Shown here piece after piece: positions 9,018 through 15,478 of a stretch of DNA of 17,909 nt (the stretch's first letter is position 1; the number at the start of each line of letters is the position of its first letter). The notes under the pieces were generated by a model. The model did no database searches. It saw nothing but the letters and a program-made list of their open reading frames with translations, and was not told the origin of the DNA. The translations under genes were made by a program, and so were the position numbers. The DNA is from Mycolicibacterium xanthum (lineage in GTDB: Bacteria; Actinomycetota; Actinomycetes; Mycobacteriales; Mycobacteriaceae), in assembly GCF_019710635.1 (NCBI RefSeq), contig NZ_JAIFZS010000041.1:1-17909 (forward strand), in the 5' to 3' direction.

Positions 9018-10105
9018 CGCCCGATGCGAAGACACCCCAACAGGGCGGGTTGGCCGCCGATCCCTATACCACAGCCCAGGAAGCACAGCAGGCACTGTCC
9101 GGAATGGTCTTCGCGGCACTCAAGAACCGGGGACGCAAAATACGCGCGCCGGAACGGTCCCTGCCGCTGACCATCATCGGTGGTTTTCTGGGCTCGGGAA
9201 AGACGACGTTGTTGAACCATCTGCTCACCGAACCGCACGGACGCCGCCTCGTGGTGCTGGTCAACGACTTCGGCCGGATCAACATCGACGCGGCCCTGGT
9301 GGCCTCCCAGACCGACGACATGATCACCCTCACCAACGGTTGCGCCTGTTGCGCCGTGTCAGCCGACCTGACCAACACGTTGATCGAACTCGCCGAGCGT
9401 GACGTGGCCCCCGAGACGATCGTGCTCGAGGCCAGTGGCATCGCCGACCCGACCGGGATCGCGCAGACCGCGCTGACCAACCAGGCAGTCCACCTCGACG
9501 GCATTCTGGTTGCGATCGACGCCGAAACCCTTCACGAGCGCGCCGAGAATCCGCTGACCAGCAGGCTGTTCGGCAACCAGATCGCGGCTGCCGACCTGAT
9601 CGTGCTCACCAAAGTCGATCTGATCGACGAAGCGCAGCAGGCCCTGACATGGGAATGGCTCGCAACTCACCACCCCGACAAATCCGTCGTCGAAGCAATA
9701 GGGGGAGACATTCCGCCGGAGGTCGTCTTGCGCGTCAACACAACGCGCGGCATGCAAACCGCGGCTGGGGATCCTGAGGACCACGCACGCGCCTTCGAAA
9801 GCGTGAGTGTGACGATCGACGATCCGCTCGAGCGCGACCATCTGCACGCGTTCTTCAACAGCCTGCCGAAGGCGCTGCTGCGCGCTAAAGGTGTACTGCA
9901 CCTGGTGGACACGACCACACATCGCACGATCTACCAACGCGTAGGCGCACGCTGGAGCTGCACACCAGGCCAGCCATGGGAAGACGAGAGGCCGCGCTCG
10001 AGCCTTGTCTTCATCGGCCCACCGGGACTGCTGGACCCAACCACTACAAGAGTGCGCCTCGAGGCGTGCGTGGCAGGCCGCAATGCTGCGATGGACTCGG
10101 CCTGA
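9014..10105 (+). CDS. COG0523-family G3E GTPase (CobW/ZigA/nitrile-hydratase-activator-like metallochaperone), about 363 aa
   Basis: Frame of track ORF 8804..10105. Walker A GGFLGSGKTT, metal-binding GCACC (CxCC, 9341-9352), ExSG switch (VLEASGIADP), TKVD, and a CobW_C-like C-terminus. The candidate start GTG 9014 overlaps the upstream stop (GTGA). The alternative start ATG 9104 cannot be excluded. Confidence 0.85.
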   Translation: MTPDAKTPQQGGLAADPYTTAQEAQQALSGMVFAALKNRGRKIRAPERSLPLTIIGGFLGSGKTTLLNHLLTEPHGRRLVVLVNDFGRINIDAALVASQTDDMITLTNGCACCAVSADLTNTLIELAERDVAPETIVLEASGIADPTGIAQTALTNQAVHLDGILVAIDAETLHERAENPLTSRLFGNQIAAADLIVLTKVDLIDEAQQALTWEWLATHHPDKSVVEAIGGDIPPEVVLRVNTTRGMQTAAGDPEDHARAFESVSVTIDDPLERDHLHAFFNSLPKALLRAKGVLHLVDTTTHRTIYQRVGARWSCTPGQPWEDERPRSSLVFIGPPGLLDPTTTRVRLEACVAGRNAAMDSA

Positions 10106-10184
10106 GAACTTGTGCCATGCGCGTTTCGACCACGGTGCACAGTGAATGTCTGCTCCTCGATCTGATTGGTGGCTGAGGGAGATC

Positions 10185-10868
10185 ATGGGAGCCGAAATCG
10201 CACCGCTGAGTACCAGCATCATGATGATCACCTACTTCGGCGATGTCGTGTTCGCGGTCAGCGGCGCACTGACGGCAGCCCGCTACCGGATGGATGTGCT
10301 CGGGTTCGTGTTGATCGGCACCATCACCGGGATCGGCGGCGGAACCCTCCGTGACCTGCTGCTGGGTCGCACCGTCTGGTGGACACAGAACCCGCTCGAG
10401 CTAATCCTCTGCATGGTGGCCGCCCTGGCGACCTTTCTGGTGATCAGAAGCCACATCAGCTACCGGAAGGGAATGATCTGGGCCGACGCCCTCGGCTTGT
10501 CGGCGTTCGGAGTCGTCGGCTGCCACATCGCTCTTGAATTCGGCGCGCCGTTTGTGATCGCGGTCTTCATGGGCATGGTGACCGCGACCGGAGGCGGGAT
10601 CATTCGTGATGTGCTCACCAACACCCAGCCCATGATCACGAGCGGACAGCTGTATGCCACCGCCGCACTACTGGGGTCGCTTACCTACGCTGGTCTGCGC
10701 CATTTCGGCGCCCCCGAAATCCCCACAGAACTGGGATCAGTCCTAGCAGCATTCGTCCTGCGGGCGTTGGCGATAACTCTCGACATCCGCATGGGCCCAC
10801 CCGGCGAATTCATTCGGTTCGGGAAACACCAGAATGGCCAGTCCGGAGGCCGCGGCTCCTCGAGTTGA
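10185..10868 (+). CDS. trimeric intracellular cation channel (TRIC) / UPF0126 family membrane protein, about 227 aa
   Basis: Two internal repeats, each with the family glycine motif: FAVSGALTAAR...ITGIGGGTLRDLLLG and SAFGVVGCHIA...VTATGGGIIRDVL. Start chosen at ATG 10185 behind GAGGGAG. The track start at 10146 is also possible. Confidence 0.8.
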   Translation: MGAEIAPLSTSIMMITYFGDVVFAVSGALTAARYRMDVLGFVLIGTITGIGGGTLRDLLLGRTVWWTQNPLELILCMVAALATFLVIRSHISYRKGMIWADALGLSAFGVVGCHIALEFGAPFVIAVFMGMVTATGGGIIRDVLTNTQPMITSGQLYATAALLGSLTYAGLRHFGAPEIPTELGSVLAAFVLRALAITLDIRMGPPGEFIRFGKHQNGQSGGRGSSS

Positions 10869-12032
10869 GGCGATCGGAGTGACATGCGCCGGTCTGACCT
10901 CCCGGACCCACTTCGCACGGCGCCGAAACAAATACGGGATGAAGTCAGCCAGGTACGCCGCTGAGGTGGGCGGCGCAGCCGCGCTACTCTTCCCGGCGGG
11001 CCCCGGCGCCGTCCTGGTGACGTTGCATATCCGACTACTGCATATTCCGGTGACCACAGCATCAGCGCGGGGAGCCCGCTGACGGCTATCCAGATTCGAA
11101 GCGAGGCGATCAGGGAATACCTGGAGCGTCTCGCTGGGCAGCTCGCCGAAGACTCGGCGGTAGAGCCCGGAAAACCGTCCCGGGTGCCAGAATCCCCAGC
11201 GCATAGCCACATCGGTGACCGTGCTGTCCGCGGTGTTCGCCATTCGTAGATCATGGCGGGCGCGATGGAGATTCCTGGCCCGGAAGAATGCGGTCGGCGA
11301 CACACCGAACTCCCTGTCGAATGCGGCCCTGATCCAACGGTCGGTCACGCCAATGGTGGCGGCCAGGGCCGACACCCGCGGACTCGGGCCGATTTGGTCG
11401 GCGGCTTCGAGACACGAACGGACGATTCGCGCCGATGCCTTCAACCTCGGTTCCGCCGGAACCGTCCCCGCGAGGGCGTCGTCCAGCGTCGTTCGCAAGT
11501 CGGCTTCCAGTACCGGGAGCAGTTCCGGAGTCACGATGCCGCTAAAAAGACAATCACAGACCGTCCTCAACAGGAGTCCCAACCGAGCGACCTCGTCGTC
11601 TTCCGTCACCGTGAGGCCGTCGGCTCCCGCGGTACCGGCCTCATCATGGGGAACGGTGAGGGCGGCAAAAGTGAGCGGCTGGCGGGCCGTACCACCGTGT
11701 TCACATCCGGGCGTGTAACGCCACAGGGACCGCGGATCGAGTTCGACACCGTTCCAGGAACCCTCGGCCAGGGTAAGGGGAACACCGATCACATCCGTGC
11801 CGGGATTCACCTCGCCGAACGTGACCAGAGGGAAGTCAAACGCACCAAAACTCGCCGATGTGTCGCCGAGTTGGAGCCCCCCGACGGTGACGTGGCCCCG
11901 AGTATTGGTGAGTTGGGCCGCTTCCAGAGGAATACCCGCGATGGCTTCCTCGATGACCTCGATATCGGTTCCGCGCACAACCATCGCCGGAACCGACCGC
12001 TCGCGCTGTGGGATATCGGTCCGGCCGGCCAC
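10743..12032 (-). CDS. AraC family transcriptional regulator (429-aa ORF; the HTH domain ends near residue 303, followed by an atypical 126-aa tail)
   Basis: The C-terminal double HTH is typical of AraC/XylS: VSALAATIGVTDRWIRAAFDREFGVSPTAFFRARNLHRARHDL ... VTDVAMRWGFWHPGRFSGLYRRVFGELPSETL. GTG start 12032..12030. It is divergent from the MBL gene across a 154-bp intergenic region. The 3' end overlaps the convergent TRIC gene by 126 bp. Confidence 0.8.
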   Translation of the reverse strand: MAGRTDIPQRERSVPAMVVRGTDIEVIEEAIAGIPLEAAQLTNTRGHVTVGGLQLGDTSASFGAFDFPLVTFGEVNPGTDVIGVPLTLAEGSWNGVELDPRSLWRYTPGCEHGGTARQPLTFAALTVPHDEAGTAGADGLTVTEDDEVARLGLLLRTVCDCLFSGIVTPELLPVLEADLRTTLDDALAGTVPAEPRLKASARIVRSCLEAADQIGPSPRVSALAATIGVTDRWIRAAFDREFGVSPTAFFRARNLHRARHDLRMANTADSTVTDVAMRWGFWHPGRFSGLYRRVFGELPSETLQVFPDRLASNLDSRQRAPRADAVVTGICSSRICNVTRTAPGPAGKSSAAAPPTSAAYLADFIPYLFRRRAKWVREVRPAHVTPIASTRGAAASGLAILVFPEPNEFAGWAHADVESYRQRPQDECC

Positions 12033-12186
12033 AACTCGACCCTAACGAAATCGCGCGGTTCGAGTTCTGTTTCGGAACAGGACCGCCACTGCCATAGCGC
12101 TGGTTCCCAAGGCCGCCGACGTCCGTTCTCAATGAAGTCGGCGGCACATCACAAGTCCGCCAGCGATAGTCTCGACAGTTCCGATA

Positions 12187-13511
12187 GTGGATATCGCGCC
12201 GAACGTCAGTGTGAAAAACTCCGCGATTGTGACCACGATGCCGACGAACCCATACGGCGGCGGCCCAGGCACTGGGATCAGCCTGCCCGAATACTTCAAG
12301 CCGACCCCCTCGGTGCAGAGCCGCAACCAGTACTACCCGGGCACCGAAGAACTCGGTGCTGACGAGATGCGGATCTCGTTCGTCGGTTCGACACCGTTCC
12401 CGCCGCGGCGCGACCAGGCGGGAACATCGATCATGGTCGAGCTGGGCAACGGTGAGCGGCTGTTCTTCGACTTCGGTCCCGGTTGTCTGCGCAACATCAT
12501 CTCGATGCAGGTGCCGCAGCAAGAAGTCAACGACATCTTCATCAGCCACCTGCACGTCGACCACTACCACGACATCTCCTACCTCCTCCCGTTCTCCGCA
12601 TGGTCGGGTCGCTACCTTCCACTTCGCGTCCACGGCCCGTCCGGCCGGACCCCGAACTGGGTACGCAAGCAATGATCGACGGAATGAAGCAGATGCTTCG
12701 ATGGCATCTGGAGGCCTTCGATCACTTCCCGATCGGCGATGGGTACGAAGTCGATGTGAACGAGTTCGACTGGAAGGATGAGAACGGCGTCTGTTTCGAC
12801 CGCAACGGCACCCAGGTCAGGCACTGGCGGCGATCACACGCCAAGGACGGGGCGAGCGCGTATCGACTCGACTGGAATGGGCTCAGCTTCGTGTGGACAG
12901 GTGACGGCCGACCCGACGAATTAACCGCGAAGTACGCCGCAGGTGTTGACGTGTTCGTCACGGAATGTCAGAACGACACTGCGAGATTGATCCAGCAGAA
13001 GTACGGGGTCCCCGAATGGCTCTACGACTACACCATTGACACCCATCACACCCCGCACTATGCGGCCGGCTACCTGATGAAGCAGGTCAACCCACGAATC
13101 GGCATGGTGACCCACTTTGAGTTCGAAGAGGATCTGATTGCCGAGACTGTGGCCGGAATTCGGGCCCACTGGGACGGGTTCTTCGCGTTCGGCGCCCCCG
13201 ACGTCGTGACGGTCAATGTGACCTCGGATGCGATCTGGATCCGCAAGGCAGTGCTCCCGGGTCTGACCGGCGCGCGAATTCCTGACTTCCGCAAGCTATT
13301 GGGCACAAAGGATGTACCTGAGGAATTAGATCTGCCCCGTCCTCGCCTGCCCCGCGAAGAACAGCAAGAGCAGCACACCCGAGATCTAGAGATCGATCCA
13401 CACACCTACTACCCTCCCGACGTGTACAAGGAGCCGCTGGTCCGGCTACCTGATCCGCTGACGATGCCCATTCGGCAGATCATGGAGAACTTCGGGTATG
13501 ACCTCGACTGA
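12187..13511 (+). pseudogene. MBL-fold metallo-hydrolase interrupted by a frameshift (two track ORFs, 12187..12675 and 12483..13511, are halves of one gene)
   Basis: The first ORF carries the HxHxDH motif (HLHVDH, 12547-12564) and ends ...LRVHGPSGRTPNWVRKQ*. The second frame continues with ...PELGTQAMIDGMKQML... and carries the later MBL motifs (VWTGDGRP, THHTPH, MVTHFE). The join is most simply a 1-nt loss in the C-run 12650-12653. ATG 12672 overlaps the stop TGA 12673-12675, so two polypeptides could still be made. Confidence 0.75.
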
Positions 13512-14490
13512 TGCGCACGACACCGAGGTGTCGACCGCATGTGGTCAGTTCGTACCGAATGATCTCGTACCGGTCACTGTGCTCACGGGGTTCCTCGGAG
13601 CGGGGAAGACCACCCTGCTCAACCGGCTCCTTGCCGGAGAGCACGGCCGCAAGATCGCCGTGCTCGTCAACGATTTCGGCGATATCAACATCGACGCGGA
13701 CCTCGTCGTGGGCGTCGACGACGAGATGATCTCGCTGGCCAATGGGTGTGTGTGCTGCGAAGTCCGCGACGATCTCGTGGCCGCGATCATCGCACTGCTC
13801 GAGCGCGACATCAGGCCGGACCACATCGTGCTCGAAGCAAGTGGCGTGGCCGAGCCGATGAGTCTGGCCATGACGTTCTCGCAGGAGATGTTCGCCGCCC
13901 AACTCCGGCTCGACGGGGTCATCACGGTGCTCGACTGCGAGCAGTTCCTGGATATCCCAGATCTGATGGAGCACAAGCTCCGCCAGATCGTCTGCGCCGA
14001 CCTCGTCGTACTGAACAAGACCGACCTTGTTTCTCTTGACCAACTCAACGAGGTGCAGGCATGGATCAACAATCGGGTACATCGGATCCGCTACGTTCCT
14101 GCCATCTACGGCGATGTACCGGTCGACGTGCTCATCGGCCTCAACAGGACTGACGACATTGCTCCGGTACACGACGGCGAAGACCCGCACGGTGCGCGAT
14201 TCACCACGGCCAGCTTCAGAACAACAGCACCGATGGACCCGCACCGGCTGATGAGGGTGGCAAAGGAGCTACCCGGCAGCGTCTACCGGATGAAGGGCGT
14301 GCTGGCCAGCACCGACGAACCTGATCGCCGCTCCATCCTGCAGGTCGTCGGGCGACGAGTGTCGATCACGCCAGACGCTCCGTGGTACCAAACAGCCCCG
14401 TCCACACGGATCGTCATGGTCGGGGCGAACAACATGCCCGCCGAGGACATCGTCACCCTGTTGCAGGGCTGTACTACCGGCCCCTTGTGA
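13498..14490 (+). CDS. COG0523-family G3E GTPase (second paralog; CobW/metallochaperone-like), 330 aa
   Basis: Walker A TGFLGAGKTT, GCVCC (CxCC, 13747-13758), VLEASGVAEP, NKTD, and a CobW_C-like C-terminus (YRMKGVL...). ATG 13498 overlaps the end of the MBL gene by 14 nt. Confidence 0.9.
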   Translation: MTSTDAHDTEVSTACGQFVPNDLVPVTVLTGFLGAGKTTLLNRLLAGEHGRKIAVLVNDFGDINIDADLVVGVDDEMISLANGCVCCEVRDDLVAAIIALLERDIRPDHIVLEASGVAEPMSLAMTFSQEMFAAQLRLDGVITVLDCEQFLDIPDLMEHKLRQIVCADLVVLNKTDLVSLDQLNEVQAWINNRVHRIRYVPAIYGDVPVDVLIGLNRTDDIAPVHDGEDPHGARFTTASFRTTAPMDPHRLMRVAKELPGSVYRMKGVLASTDEPDRRSILQVVGRRVSITPDAPWYQTAPSTRIVMVGANNMPAEDIVTLLQGCTTGPL

Positions 14491-14545
14491 GGGCCGTCCC
14501 CAGGTACCGGTACAACACCCGCACCCGAAAGATCGGCCGGTCCGG

Positions 14546-14665
14546 TCAGGGTTGCAATCGTATCCACACCTGCCGGTCCAGGAGCATCCCGACGAGCAAC
14601 GCGAAGGGGTTGGATTCCAGCACGGCATAAGCCGGTGGATCTTGGACCAGTGGGAGGTTCGGTAT
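14546..14665 (-). pseudogene. relic of the 5' end of an HhH-GPD-type base-excision DNA glycosylase gene (about 33 homologous codons, start codon mutated to ATA, body truncated)
   Basis: The reverse strand reads (I)PNLPLVQDPPAYAVLESNPFALLVGMLLDRQV, then the unrelated WIRLQP*. From memory, the ...Q-D-P-x-A-x3-L-x3-P-F-A-L-L-V/I-G-M-L-L-D-Q-Q... N-terminus is characteristic of actinobacterial HhH-GPD-type repair proteins. Part of track ORF 14546..14785. Confidence 0.45.
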
Positions 14666-14719
14666 GTCGGCCAGTGTAGGACTGTGCGGCGTGAGGCAGC
14701 CCACCCGAGCCGGCCAACG
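14655..14719. repeat. direct repeat copy A (glycosylase promoter/start region), upstream flank of the methyltransferase-HgcAB-like module
   Basis: The core 14655-14682 (aggttcggtatgtcggccagtgtaggac) matches 16630-16657 at 25/28. After a 10-11 nt divergent gap, 14693-14719 matches 16669-16693 at about 20/27 with one 2-nt indel. Same orientation and collinear. Confidence 0.8.
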
Positions 14720-14818
14720 TCGAGTTGGGGCAGCCGCATGTGAACGTTCGTGCTCGAAGGCGACGAAGTCGGGCTCCGGCCACATTTTGCCGTGGCGTGC
14801 GCCGATAATCGGACTGCG

Positions 14819-15478
14819 ATGACTAGTTTCGTCTGGATGAAGGTTCTGGAGTCGGCGCCGGAGCGCTATGACCGCGGCATCCGGATGCTGTCGGGCGGGC
14901 GCATCGCCGCGGTCTACGAGCGCATCGCCGATCTGGTTGCTGCACCTGGCAAACGAGTCCTCGATATCGGCTGTGGCACCGGCGGCGTAACGGTGGCCTG
15001 CGCGGCCCGCGGTGCGACCGTGACCGGCATCGACATCGATGCGGGCATGCTGGAGATGGCCCGAACCAAGCCGCGCTCCACATCTGGCAGCGCGGAGTTC
15101 GTACAGCTTGGCGCGGCGGAAATCGAGGATCGCTTTGCCGCGGAAAGCTTGGATGCGGTCGTGTCATGTCTGGCGCTGAGCGAGATGTCGCCCGAGGAGC
15201 AGGACTACGTGCTTCGCGCCGCTTATTCGTGTTTGGCCCCTGGGGGCGCGCTGGTAATCGCTGACGAGACGACACCGGAGGGACGCCTTTCGCGGCTCGG
15301 GTATCGCCTGCGGCGGCTGCCGCTCGCGGCGGCGACATATCTACTCACTCAGACCACGACCAGGCCGCTGCGTGGTCTGTGCGCACGAGTGCAGGCAGCC
15401 GGGTTCTCGATCGCTTCGAAGGAGCGGATGTGGTCGGGGAGGTTCCTGATCCTGCACGCATACAAGGCGCGGTCATGA
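14819..15478 (+). CDS. class I SAM-dependent methyltransferase (UbiE/Methyltransf_11-25-like), about 219 aa
   Basis: Frame of track ORF 14750..15478. SAM-binding motif I VLDIGCGTGG, then an acidic residue at the end of beta-2 (TGIDID), and PGGALVIAD (motif III region). Start chosen at ATG 14819 because GC3 rises after it. GTG 14750 and ATG 14837 remain possible. The stop TGA 15476-15478 overlaps the next ATG. Confidence 0.85.
   Translation: MTSFVWMKVLESAPERYDRGIRMLSGGRIAAVYERIADLVAAPGKRVLDIGCGTGGVTVACAARGATVTGIDIDAGMLEMARTKPRSTSGSAEFVQLGAAEIEDRFAAESLDAVVSCLALSEMSPEEQDYVLRAAYSCLAPGGALVIADETTPEGRLSRLGYRLRRLPLAAATYLLTQTTTRPLRGLCARVQAAGFSIASKERMWSGRFLILHAYKARS

Noticed and set aside
9359-10231. 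290-aa reverse ORF
   Set aside because: Shadow of the first COG0523 gene (Walker A and CxCC are on the + strand).
12051-12070. GGTTCGAGT, which resembles a tRNA T-loop
   Set aside because: The flanking bases (cgcgg / tctgt) cannot form a T-stem, and no acceptor or anticodon arms are present.
11253-12362. 369-aa + ORF, and the 278-aa reverse ORF 11836..12672
   Set aside because: They are antisense to the AraC regulator and to the MBL N-terminal half respectively. Neither has recognisable domains, and the opposite-strand products do.
13480-14244. 254-aa reverse ORF
   Set aside because: Shadow of the second COG0523 gene.
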